DNA of 64,000 nucleotides from assembly GCA_043803685.1 (NCBI GenBank), contig JAZDJU010000037.1:64001-128000 (forward strand), written 5' to 3'. This DNA is from Candidatus Omnitrophota bacterium. Lineage in GTDB: Bacteria > Omnitrophota > Omnitrophia > Omnitrophales > Aquincolibacteriaceae. This document shows, piece after piece, positions 25,305 through 35,117 of this stretch. Below the pieces are notes generated by a model, which saw only the letters and a program-made list of their open reading frames with translations, made no database searches and was not told the origin of the DNA. Made by a program: the position numbers and the translations under genes. How positions within the stretch are numbered: position 1 is the first letter of the stretch; each line of letters begins with the position of its first letter.

Positions 25305-26164
25305 GCGTCATAAACGAACAGCACGTTACAGCCGCCGTACAAGCCGTCGCACAGGCCCACGAACAGACCGCTGAGGAGCTCCCAAACTTCATTTCGTTGC
25401 TCGAACATTTTTTCCCGAAGTCCCCTCTGGTCCATTTCCTGTTCAGCTGGGAAAATCTCATTTTTTCATTTCTGGTCCTGGGCTTTATCGCGATCCGGTC
25501 AATCCAGGCCGCTCGCAAAAACGAATTCCTTCCCGGTGGTCTCCAGAACCGGTGGGAACTTGTTTTTGAAGGCCTCTCCGAATTCGTCACTAGCATCCTT
25601 GGACCTCGCGGGATGAAACATGTTCCCTTCCTCGGCACGATGTTCCTTTATATTCTTCTTCAGAACTGGCTCGGGCTGCTTCCACTGATGAAATCGCCAA
25701 CTAGCGCGTGGAGCACCACGATCGCCCTGGCGCTCATCACCACGGTTTATATTCAATGGATCGGTATCAAAGAGCACGGCTTTGCCGGCTACGCAAAACA
25801 TCTCGCGGGAAATCCCACCGGCATCCTGGGGATCGTCCTCGTCCCCCTGATGCTTGTCATCAACCTGAGCATCGAGTTCTTCGCCGTGCCCCTGAGCCTC
25901 TCGCTTCGTCTTTTCGCCAACGTCTCGAGCGAAGACAAGCTTCTGTACAAGTTCGCGGAGCTCAACGCGATGTATCATTGGCTCCCCTTCTTTTTCCAGC
26001 TCTTCGCTAATGTTCTTGTCATTCTCTTTAGCTTCATCCAGGCTTTTGTTTTTCTTTTACTCTCGACCGTGTATATTTCACTGATCCTGCCGCACGAACA
26101 CGACGAGGAACACAACGCGGCATCCGAAACATCATCCGATTCTGTTCATTCACACTCAACGTAA
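25301..26164 (+). CDS. atpB: F0F1 ATP synthase subunit a
   Basis: PLSLSLRLFAN (essential Arg) and FIQAFVFLLLSTVYI motifs. Confidence 0.97.
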   Translation: MSVINEQHVTAAVQAVAQAHEQTAEELPNFISLLEHFFPKSPLVHFLFSWENLIFSFLVLGFIAIRSIQAARKNEFLPGGLQNRWELVFEGLSEFVTSILGPRGMKHVPFLGTMFLYILLQNWLGLLPLMKSPTSAWSTTIALALITTVYIQWIGIKEHGFAGYAKHLAGNPTGILGIVLVPLMLVINLSIEFFAVPLSLSLRLFANVSSEDKLLYKFAELNAMYHWLPFFFQLFANVLVILFSFIQAFVFLLLSTVYISLILPHEHDEEHNAASETSSDSVHSHST

Positions 26165-26175
26165 GGAGAATTAAC

Positions 26176-26406
26176 ATGGATTCACACGTCGCATTAGGTT
26201 TCGCACTTCCGATCGGTCTTGCCATCACAGCATTCGGCTCTGCGCTCGGTCTCGGTAAAGCCGTCGCCTCCGCGATGGACGCCACAGGCCGCCAGCCCGA
26301 AGCTTCCCAGAAGATCCTGGTCAACATGATGGCCGGTTGCGCGCTGATCGAAGCGCTCACGCTTTATGTGCTGATCTTCGGTTTCGTATTAATGGGCAAG
26401 ATCTAG
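26176..26406 (+). CDS. atpE: F0F1 ATP synthase subunit c (H+-type)
   Basis: GRQPE loop, ion-binding Glu in LIEALTLY; lacks the Q/ES(T) Na+ signature. Confidence 0.97.
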   Translation: MDSHVALGFALPIGLAITAFGSALGLGKAVASAMDATGRQPEASQKILVNMMAGCALIEALTLYVLIFGFVLMGKI

Positions 26407-26419
26407 ACCCCGAGCGTTT

Positions 26420-26920
26420 ATGGAATTCTTTCAAGAGAACATCCACCTCACCGAGGTCCTGGTCCAGCTCGTCGCCTTTCTGATCGTGTTCTTCACGCTC
26501 AAGAAGTTCGCCTGGAAACCGCTTCTCGCCATTATCCGGACACGGCGTGAAAAGTTCGAAAGCGAATGGAGCGGGATCGAGAAGACCAAACAGGAGGTCG
26601 CCCTCCTGCAAAAGGATTACCTCACGCACCTTCAGAAGATCGAAGAAGAAGCGCGCGCAAAGATGCAGGAAGCGATCCAGGAAGGACGCCGCCTCGCCCG
26701 GGAGATCCAGGAGAAAGCGCGCCTGGAATCCCAGACCTCATTCGAGAAGGCGAAAGCCAACATCGAACTCGAGGTCCAGAAGGCGCGGCTCACGCTCCGT
26801 CAAGACGTCGCCGATCTTTCGATCCGCGTCGCCGAAAAGATCCTGGCGGAAAAAATGGACGCCTCCCAACAGGAGAAAAAAGCGCTCGAGATCCTCGGGG
26901 AGCTTGAGAAAAAACTATGA
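26420..26920 (+). CDS. atpF: F0F1 ATP synthase subunit b
   Basis: N-terminal TM, FAWKPL..I..R motif, coiled coil. Confidence 0.95.
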   Translation: MEFFQENIHLTEVLVQLVAFLIVFFTLKKFAWKPLLAIIRTRREKFESEWSGIEKTKQEVALLQKDYLTHLQKIEEEARAKMQEAIQEGRRLAREIQEKARLESQTSFEKAKANIELEVQKARLTLRQDVADLSIRVAEKILAEKMDASQQEKKALEILGELEKKL

Positions 26921-27474
26921 AGAGTGACATTGCCGCGGGCCGCTACACCCGCGCCTTATTCCAGCTCGCGGAGAAGGAAAAACATCTCGCCGAGATCGAT
27001 TCCGGACTCGACGCGCTCGTCAAGGTCCTCGCGACCCAGCCGAAGATCCTGCGTTTGATGGAGAATCCCGTACTCACGAACGCGGAGAAGTACTGCCTGG
27101 CGCTGGCGGCCCTTGCCGGAGACAAGACAGGACTTTTCGCAAGATTTCTCCGCCTCCTGATCGAGAAAAAACGTTTTGCCCTTCTGCCCGAGATCCAGAA
27201 GGATTTTCACGAACGCTTTGAGAAGAAACAGGGCATCCAGGAAGTGGAGATGCTCTCGGCCGTGCCGTTCTCCACCAAGGCGCTCGAAAAATTCAAGGCG
27301 ACGCTTACAAAAAAACTCAACTCCAAGATCCGTTTGATCCCCAGGACCGACCGCGGGCTCCTGGGAGGATTCGTTCTGCGTTTCGCCGGCAAAGAGATCG
27401 ATTGCAGTTTCAAGAACCGTCTTCATGAGATCCGTCAAAAACTTTTCAGCTCCGCCGAAGAAGGGGTCATTTAA
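26917..27474 (+). CDS. atpH: F0F1 ATP synthase subunit delta
   Basis: AGRYTRALF and LLGGFVL...IDCS motifs. Confidence 0.95.
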   Translation: MKSDIAAGRYTRALFQLAEKEKHLAEIDSGLDALVKVLATQPKILRLMENPVLTNAEKYCLALAALAGDKTGLFARFLRLLIEKKRFALLPEIQKDFHERFEKKQGIQEVEMLSAVPFSTKALEKFKATLTKKLNSKIRLIPRTDRGLLGGFVLRFAGKEIDCSFKNRLHEIRQKLFSSAEEGVI

Positions 27475-28977
27475 ATGCTCAAACCTGAGGAAGTCACGCA
27501 AGTCATCCAAAAAGAGATACAGAAATACGAGACCAAGCTCGAAATGCAGTCGGTCGGTTACGTGCTGCAGGTCGGCGACGGCATCGCCCGCGTTTATGGC
27601 CTCGACGAGGTCATGGCCGGCGAACTGGTCACGTTCCACGAGGGAACGACGGGCCTCGTGCTGAACCTCGAGCCGCACCACGTCGGCGTGGTCATTCTGG
27701 GCGAAGACAGCAACATCAAGGAAGGCGACCAGGTCAAGCGCACGGGCAAGATCGCGCAGGTCCCTGTCGGCGAGGCCCTGAAGGGTCGCGTCATTAATCC
27801 GCTCGGAGTACCGCTCGACGGCAAAGGGCCGATCGTCTCGCAAAAGACGCGCCCGATCGAATCCCTGCCTCCCTCAGTCGTCCAGCGTCAACCCGTCAAG
27901 GAACCTTTGCAGACCGGCATCAAGTCGATCGACGCGATGATCCCCATCGGTCGCGGCCAGCGCGAGCTCATCATCGGCGACCGCCAGACCGGGAAGACCG
28001 CCATCCTGATCGATACGATCTTGAACCAGAAGACGACCGGCGTGCATTGCATTTATGTCGAGATCGGACAGAAATTGTCGAGTGTCGTGGCGCTTGCGGA
28101 TACGCTCGAAAAACAAGGCGCGATGGAATACACCACGATCGTGTCCGCCTCTTCCGACGATCCCGCTCCACTTCAATACCTCGCGCCTTATGCCGGCGCC
28201 GCGATCGGCGAGGAATCCCTTTTTAATGGAAAGCATGCCCTGGTGGTCTACGACGACCTTTCGAAACACGCCGTCGCTTATCGTCAGCTGTCGCTCCTCC
28301 TTCAAAGACCTCCGGGACGCGAAGCCTATCCGGGCGACGTTTTTTATCTTCATTCACGCCTGCTCGAGCGCGCGGCCAAACTGCGCGAAGACCTGGGCGG
28401 CGGCTCGCTCACCGCGCTTCCCGTGATCGAAACACAACTCGGCGATATCTCGGCTTATATTCCGACGAATGTCATTTCCATCACCGACGGACAGATCTAT
28501 CTGGAAAGCGATCTTTTTTACGCGGGCGTGCGGCCGGCCATTAACGTCGGTCTTTCGGTTTCGCGCGTCGGCGGAAATGCCCAGACCAAAGCCATGAAAC
28601 AGGTCGCTGGCATGTTGCGCCTTTCACTCGCGCAGTACCGGGAACTCCAGGCGTTCGCCCAACTCGCGACCGACCTCGACAAAGCCACCAAAGATCAGCT
28701 CACCCGTGGCGAGCGCATGGTCGAGATCCTGAAACAGACCGACCTTCATCCGCTCCCCCTTGAAAAACAGGTCGTGAGCATTTTCGCCGGGAACGAAGGC
28801 TTTCTGGATGATGTTCCCGTCACCAAGGTGCGGGACTTCGAGACGAAGCTCTTGGACTTCATCGACAAGAACTATCATGAGGTCCTGCTCGAGATCGCGG
28901 AGAAAAAGGTCCTTTCGGACGCGCTGAAAGAAACCATGAAGCAAGCGGTCGTTAAATTTAAACAAACCTTTAAATGA
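27475..28977 (+). CDS. atpA: F0F1 ATP synthase subunit alpha
   Basis: GDRQTGKT Walker [22 protein letters not shown]. Confidence 0.99.
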   Translation: MLKPEEVTQVIQKEIQKYETKLEMQSVGYVLQVGDGIARVYGLDEVMAGELVTFHEGTTGLVLNLEPHHVGVVILGEDSNIKEGDQVKRTGKIAQVPVGEALKGRVINPLGVPLDGKGPIVSQKTRPIESLPPSVVQRQPVKEPLQTGIKSIDAMIPIGRGQRELIIGDRQTGKTAILIDTILNQKTTGVHCIYVEIGQKLSSVVALADTLEKQGAMEYTTIVSASSDDPAPLQYLAPYAGAAIGEESLFNGKHALVVYDDLSKHAVAYRQLSLLLQRPPGREAYPGDVFYLHSRLLERAAKLREDLGGGSLTALPVIETQLGDISAYIPTNVISITDGQIYLESDLFYAGVRPAINVGLSVSRVGGNAQTKAMKQVAGMLRLSLAQYRELQAFAQLATDLDKATKDQLTRGERMVEILKQTDLHPLPLEKQVVSIFAGNEGFLDDVPVTKVRDFETKLLDFIDKNYHEVLLEIAEKKVLSDALKETMKQAVVKFKQTFK

Positions 28978-29052
28978 CGGATAACGGATGGAGGATGGAG
29001 GATGACGACAGGCAAGGTTTTTCGCCTTCCGCCATCCGCCTTCCGCCATCCA
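28976..29052. repeat. Heptamer-array inverted repeat element (atpA-atpG)
   Basis: gacggat/aacggat/ggaggat/ggaggat ... ttccgcc/atccgcc/ttccgcc. Confidence 0.8.
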
Positions 29053-29062
29053 TAGCGAAGCT

Positions 29063-29929
29063 ATGAGTGGACAGCTGAGAGCTTTAAAAAACAGGATCCG
29101 CGGCGTCGAGAGCACGAAGAAGATCACCAAAGCCATGGAAATGGTGGCCGCGGCGAAGCTCAAGCGCTTTCAAAGATTGCGGGAGCAGTCGACCCCCTAC
29201 GTCCTGGCCGTGGAAGGGGTCCTGGACCGGCTTCTCGCGACCGATGTTCCGCTCGAGCATCCTTTGCTCGAGATCCGTGAAGAGAAAAACGCCGCGCTTC
29301 TCGTGGTCACTTCCGACACGGGGCTCTGCGGGTCCTTTAACCAACTCCTCATCGAGGAAGCCAGGAAATTTCTCCGGAATAGTTCCAAGGCGCCCCTTTT
29401 GATCGGCGTCGGCAAGCAGGGCGTAAACGCCCTTTCGCGCGCGGGTCACACGTGGCACCAGACTTTCACGGACACCAAGACCTCGCAGGTCGAGTCGGTT
29501 ATTTCGCAAGCGAGCGCCCTGATCGAAACGCTTTTCACGGAAAAAAAGGTCGATGCCGTTTACGCGGTCTATACTCATTTCATGGGAAAATCCATCTACC
29601 GCGTCACGACCGAAAAACTTCTTCCGTTCACCCTAGCCTCTTCTCAAAAAGAAGAGGATGCGGGGGACGACACCCATTACATCCTGGAACCCAGCCGCGA
29701 AGCGCTTTTTACAAGGCTCATTCCGCTCGTTTTTGCGGCCAAGGCACGCATGATGTTCATGGAATCCTTGATCTCGGAGCAAATGGCGCGAATGAACGCC
29801 ATGTACCAGGCCACCGAGAACGCGAAAGAACTGATCGACACGCTGGTCCTTTTACGGAACAAGGTCCGGCAGGCCGCCATTACCAAAGAACTTATTGAGA
29901 TCGTTTCGGGCTCGAAGGCTTTAAAACAA

Positions 29930-29932
<3 letters not shown>
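29063..29932 (+). CDS. atpG: F0F1 ATP synthase subunit gamma
   Basis: KITKAMEMVAAAK, SDTGLCGSFN and RQAAITKELIEI motifs. Confidence 0.98.
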
Positions 29933-31426
<1,494 letters not shown>

Positions 31427-31429
31427 ACA

Positions 31430-31500
31430 CAACGAGCCACGTTCCACGAGCCACGAGCCACGGATTTTAGAGTCCGTGGTCCTTGGCCCGTGGCCCCTGG
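31430..31500. repeat. Heptamer-array inverted repeat element (atpD-atpC)
   Basis: caacgag/ccacgtt/ccacgag/ccacgag/ccacgga ... tccgtgg/tccttgg/cccgtgg/cccctgg. Confidence 0.85.
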
Positions 31501-31510
31501 CACAGGTTTA

Positions 31511-31786
31511 ATGATGGCCGCGACTTACTCTCTGAAGATCATCACACCGCAAGGGATCGCCTACGAAGGAACCGTGTTCCATACGTTCCTTCCCACGGAG
31601 AACGGCTTTGTCGGCGTGCTCGCGCATCACGCGCCGTATCTGGTGTCGTCTAAAGGCGGGAAAATCACGGCCAAGGAAAGCATCGGCCTTGAAAAAACCT
31701 TTCAGGTCGGCCCGGGCTTCTTCGAGGTCCACCACGACCAGGCCGTGTTCCTCACCACAACATTCCAAGAAGAAGGACTATCATAA
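31511..31786 (+). CDS. atpC: F0F1 ATP synthase subunit epsilon (N-terminal beta-sandwich only)
   Basis: LKIITP, G.VGVLAHHAP and GFFEV motifs; start ATG 31511 or 31514. Confidence 0.9.
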   Translation: MMAATYSLKIITPQGIAYEGTVFHTFLPTENGFVGVLAHHAPYLVSSKGGKITAKESIGLEKTFQVGPGFFEVHHDQAVFLTTTFQEEGLS

Positions 31787-31864
31787 AAGTTGTGGTTGTC
31801 CTGATTTCTTTTGATAAGAAATAAAAAGATCAGGGCACCACGACCTTCTCCGAACAAAGCTAAA

Positions 31865-31910
31865 AGGGACAGTCCCCCTAAAATTTAAGGGGACTGTCCC
31901 TCTTTTTTTT
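31865..31910 (+). terminator. Palindromic GGGACAGTCCCC...GGGGACTGTCCC hairpin with a T-run; likely intrinsic (possibly bidirectional) terminator after the atp operon
   Basis: Perfect 12-13 bp inverted repeat followed by tctttttttt, between convergent genes. Confidence 0.75.
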
Positions 31911-31919
31911 CGCGAATCT

Positions 31920-32312
31920 TTAAAAGAAGATCCCCATCACGAGGAGCGCCACGCCCACAGACGCGGAACTGAGCGCCACCACACGAAGCGCGAGCGGCTC
32001 GGCCACAAGCGCCATCAGGAATTCCCGGGATTTTTTGTAGAAGAAGACCATCGGCGCGACCTTCATGAGCGCGAGACTCATCACGAGCGTCACCACAAAG
32101 TTCTCCATACTCGCCGCTCTTGCGAATTCAATCCAGGTCCACAACACAAGCACTAGCACAACCATCCCCACGACCGGCATCCAACGGGGCCGGGTTTCGG
32201 GATAAACCTTCATCGTAAGACGCCTCAGACTTTCCACCGAAAGGGCCGCCCACGCTCCCCCGAGCACCATCCACGCACCGAGTGCAACGCTCAGGATCTC
32301 AAAATAGATCAT
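31920..32312 (-). CDS. Hypothetical membrane protein (about 4 TM)
   Basis: Hydrophobic helices; GGAGG SD before ATG 32312. Confidence 0.7.
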   Translation of the reverse strand: MIYFEILSVALGAWMVLGGAWAALSVESLRRLTMKVYPETRPRWMPVVGMVVLVLVLWTWIEFARAASMENFVVTLVMSLALMKVAPMVFFYKKSREFLMALVAEPLALRVVALSSASVGVALLVMGIFF

Positions 32313-32337
32313 AAAACCTCCGTCTACGACGTGCGCT

Positions 32338-33015
32338 CTATGCGCTGAAATATTTCCGAAGGATGACTTTCGGATCCATCGCGAGAAACTCAATAAAAGT
32401 CTGGGTTTTCAGGTAGGCGTTCCTGAATGCGTCGCTACGGCACATCACCGTAAGCCGTTTGATACAACTCTTGGACGTTTCGGTGACGTGTTCGCGAAGT
32501 TCGGCGATCACACGATCCGCCTCGGCCGGATGATCCCGGTGGATCCAGAAAACGTTCATCGCCAGCCGTACGATCGCTTCTTCCAGGCTCATAAGCGGCA
32601 CGATCCCTTTGAAATAAGGCTGGTATCGCTGGACGTCTTCGCAATACTCAAAAAGAGCCATGTTCGTGACATACTGGAGGGCATGTTGGAGATCGGTCTC
32701 CGAGATCGTGATCTTGCCGTCGCCTTGAACATAGATGGCCGTCACATAATCGCACGAAAGATACTTTTCCATTTGTTCGAGGAACGGCAGAAGTGGTTTC
32801 ATCGCCGAGCAGAGCACGTCCTGTCCCCGGTGAGGACAGACCTTGCAGGTCTTGAAATCGTCATGTTGCCGCATTGCAAGAGGCAGGCGATGAGGATCCT
32901 TCCAGAACTCTTCGCTCAATTTTTGGATGTTCTCGACGGAAAGATCCAGGGTCTCCCCATTCTGGAAGGAAAGGTACATCCCTTCTTTTTTGTATTGCTC
33001 CGTCTTCAGTTGCAT
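32338..33015 (-). CDS. Hypothetical Cys-containing protein (resembles DUF6901)
   Basis: CKVCPH...C motif; GGAG SD before ATG 33015; family resemblance is from memory and unverified. Confidence 0.55.
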   Translation of the reverse strand: MQLKTEQYKKEGMYLSFQNGETLDLSVENIQKLSEEFWKDPHRLPLAMRQHDDFKTCKVCPHRGQDVLCSAMKPLLPFLEQMEKYLSCDYVTAIYVQGDGKITISETDLQHALQYVTNMALFEYCEDVQRYQPYFKGIVPLMSLEEAIVRLAMNVFWIHRDHPAEADRVIAELREHVTETSKSCIKRLTVMCRSDAFRNAYLKTQTFIEFLAMDPKVILRKYFSA

Positions 33016-33063
33016 ATCCGAACTCCTTGTGAAAAACATTCGCTACAGGCTTTGAGCTCTTGA

Positions 33064-33261
33064 CTAGAGTCTTCGGTCTTCTGTCTTAGGTCTTCCATCC
33101 TTAGCCTTCTTCCATCCTTCAATGATCAGCGTGACACCCACGAGAAAGAACGAAAGGAACCCCAGAAATGAAAAGACCATGCTAGGAAGCGTTCCCACCC
33201 AGAACGCGCAAAGAATAAGAACGGCCCCGGGAAGGAAATATTGCCAAAGATAGCTTCTCAT
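33064..33261 (-). CDS. Small hypothetical membrane protein (2 TM)
   Basis: 65 aa, two hydrophobic segments; the C-terminal tail is encoded by a gtcttnn heptamer array. Confidence 0.55.
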   Translation of the reverse strand: MRSYLWQYFLPGAVLILCAFWVGTLPSMVFSFLGFLSFFLVGVTLIIEGWKKAKDGRPKTEDRRL

Positions 33262-33397
33262 AGAAGCTCATTCTCGCAGAACTGATCCCCCACCGCAAGC
33301 GGGACGACTAACCGTCCTGCGTGAGACGTACGCTCACTCAGCCTCCTTGATTTTGAAGGCGATCCCAAGTAACATTCCCCATCAAAGGAGATGAGAA

Positions 33398-34276
33398 ATG
33401 ATCGAGGTCTTGCTGGACGCTTTCAAAGATACGTTGGCCATGGCGCCGTGGCTTCTGGGGATCTATATCGCGCTCGAGTTCCTGGAAAACCGGTCGGAGT
33501 CCTTCATCGGCGAGAAGATCAGCCACCGGATGGGCGCGGCGCCTCTCCTGGGCGCGCTCTTCGGCTGTATCCCCCAATGCGGCTTCTCGGTCATCGCCGC
33601 CACGCTTTTTGCCCGCCGGTGCATTTCACTCGGAACTCTCATTGCCGTTTTTATTTCGACCTCGGATGAAGCAGTCCCGGTTATCCTCGCCCAACACGAC
33701 AAGGCGCCGCTCGTCCTCTGGCTCCTGTTTGTAAAAGTGATCCTCGCAACGGTCGCGGGCTACGCAGTCGACTTTTTTTGTAGAAAAGATAATCCCCGGG
33801 AACCGCATTCGTCCCACGCCCCCGTCGTCCCTCAGGGAGGATACCGCCACTGCAGCTGTCACGCCCACGGCCGGGAAATTCCCCGGTGGAAAACATTCTT
33901 TCTCTTCCCGCTCAAACACACGCTCAAAGTCCTTTTCTTCATTTTCGCGGTGTCGCTGTCGATCGGTCTTCTTGTCGCGAGATCCGGAGAAGCGGGCCTG
34001 GAGCACCTTTTTTTTTCAGGCACGCTCCTGCAACCATTCTTTTCCGTCCTTGTCGGCCTGATCCCGAACTGCGCGGCTTCGGTCGCGATCACCGAGATCT
34101 ATCTGAAAGGCGGCATCACTTTCGGCTCCGCCGTCGCGGGCCTTTCGGCAAGCGGCGGTCTGGGCTTCCTGGTCCTTCTCAAAGAGAACAAGGACCGGAA
34201 AGAGAACGCACTCGTCATCGGACTTCTCGTGCTGATCAGTCTTACCGCCGGAATTCTTCTGAATATATTGACCTGA
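33398..34276 (+). CDS. Putative metal/metalloid transporter ('putative manganese transporter' family)
   Basis: Duplicated G.IPQCGFS / GLIPNCAAS motifs, STSDEA, His/Cys-rich central loop (HSSH...HCSCHAH); AAGGAG SD. Confidence 0.75.
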   Translation: MIEVLLDAFKDTLAMAPWLLGIYIALEFLENRSESFIGEKISHRMGAAPLLGALFGCIPQCGFSVIAATLFARRCISLGTLIAVFISTSDEAVPVILAQHDKAPLVLWLLFVKVILATVAGYAVDFFCRKDNPREPHSSHAPVVPQGGYRHCSCHAHGREIPRWKTFFLFPLKHTLKVLFFIFAVSLSIGLLVARSGEAGLEHLFFSGTLLQPFFSVLVGLIPNCAASVAITEIYLKGGITFGSAVAGLSASGGLGFLVLLKENKDRKENALVIGLLVLISLTAGILLNILT

Positions 34277-34354
34277 CGTACGGCGCAAGGCGTACATCCT
34301 ATCGCGAAGAACATTTTCTTTTTCTCCGCACGCCGTGCTCCGTATGCGTAACGC
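34275..34354. repeat. Heptamer-array inverted repeat element (degenerate)
   Basis: gacgtac/ggcgcaa/ggcgtac ... ccgcacg/ccgtgct/ccgtatg. Confidence 0.55.
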
Positions 34355-34358
34355 TTTG

Positions 34359-34367
34359 TGATATAAT
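34359..34367 (+). promoter_or_regulatory. Extended -10 promoter element upstream of the UPF0016 gene
   Basis: TGaTATAAT. Confidence 0.55.
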
Positions 34368-34447
34368 CCGCCGACCGATACGAAGCTGTAATGGGTCAGG
34401 CACCAAGGTGCCCGACCCCCTCCTTCAGTCATTAAAAGGAAAATTCT

Positions 34448-34720
34448 ATGGATTGGAAGATCTTCTTAGCAACTTTAAGCGCTATTTTTTTCGCGGAACT
34501 GGCCGACAAAACCCAGCTCGTGAGTATCACGATGGCCTCCAAGACCGGGAAGCCTCTTTCCGTGTTCCTGGGATCGATCGCGGGCTACGCGCTCGTAACC
34601 CTCATTTCGGTCATACTCGGAACTCTTCTGGCGAAATACGTAAAACCCGAGTTCATACGCTACTGCGGCGCGACGGCGTTCGTGGTCATCGGGACGTTGA
34701 TGTTTTTTAACAAACTGTAG
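34448..34720 (+). CDS. TMEM165/GDT1 (UPF0016) family protein, single repeat (3 TM)
   Basis: FFAELADKTQL variant of the E-x-G-D-K-T motif; 90 aa. Confidence 0.88.
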   Translation: MDWKIFLATLSAIFFAELADKTQLVSITMASKTGKPLSVFLGSIAGYALVTLISVILGTLLAKYVKPEFIRYCGATAFVVIGTLMFFNKL

Positions 34721-34727
34721 ATAACTG

Positions 34728-34796
34728 CATAACGCGCAACGGGCAACGCACAACGGAAATGGTTTCGTTGCGCTTTGAACGTTGTACGTTGAGCGT
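34728..34796. repeat. Heptamer-array inverted repeat element
   Basis: cataacg/cgcaacg/ggcaacg/cacaacg ... cgttgcg/ctttgaa/cgttgta/cgttgag. Confidence 0.85.
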
Positions 34797-34811
34797 AAAA
34801 AGGAGTGTTCC

Positions 34812-34892
34812 ATGGCCAAGAAAGCGAAAAAAGTTGCAAAAAAGAAAGTAACCAAGAAGAAAGCCGCAAAGAAATCCTGCTGCTGCCGTTAA
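34812..34892 (+). CDS. Small Lys/Ala-rich peptide ending in CCCR (26 aa)
   Basis: MAKKAKKVAKKKVTKKKAAKKSCCCR*; strong AAGGAG SD 6 nt upstream; absent from the ORF track. Confidence 0.65.
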   Translation: MAKKAKKVAKKKVTKKKAAKKSCCCR

Positions 34893-34955
34893 TCATTCCG
34901 ACGCCTCCGCGGAAGCTGGATCTTCTCCTCTTCCGCGGGGGAAGAGGTTCCCCCT

Positions 34956-35117
34956 ATGGAAAATACGAATTCTAAAAAAGAAAAGAAAAAAGGGTTTTTC
35001 GCGAAACTCTTCGAAAAGATCGACAAGAAGCTGGAAGACAAGGCGAAAAAATCCGGTTGCTGTTGCGCCCCTTCCAAGGATAAAAAAGACTCGGACGGAG
35101 ATTCATGCTGCGGGTAG
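34956..35117 (+). CDS. Small Cys-rich putative metal(loid)-binding protein (53 aa)
   Basis: MENTNSKKEKKKGFFAKLFEKIDKKLEDKAKKSGCCCAPSKDKKDSDGDSCCG*; GAGG SD; overlaps the permease start. Confidence 0.7.
   Translation: MENTNSKKEKKKGFFAKLFEKIDKKLEDKAKKSGCCCAPSKDKKDSDGDSCCG

Noticed and set aside
26176..26406. Na+-translocating or N-type ATPase
   Set aside because: The c subunit lacks the Gln and ES/T Na+ ligands, the gene order is the standard B-E-F-H-A-G-D-C, and delta is present.
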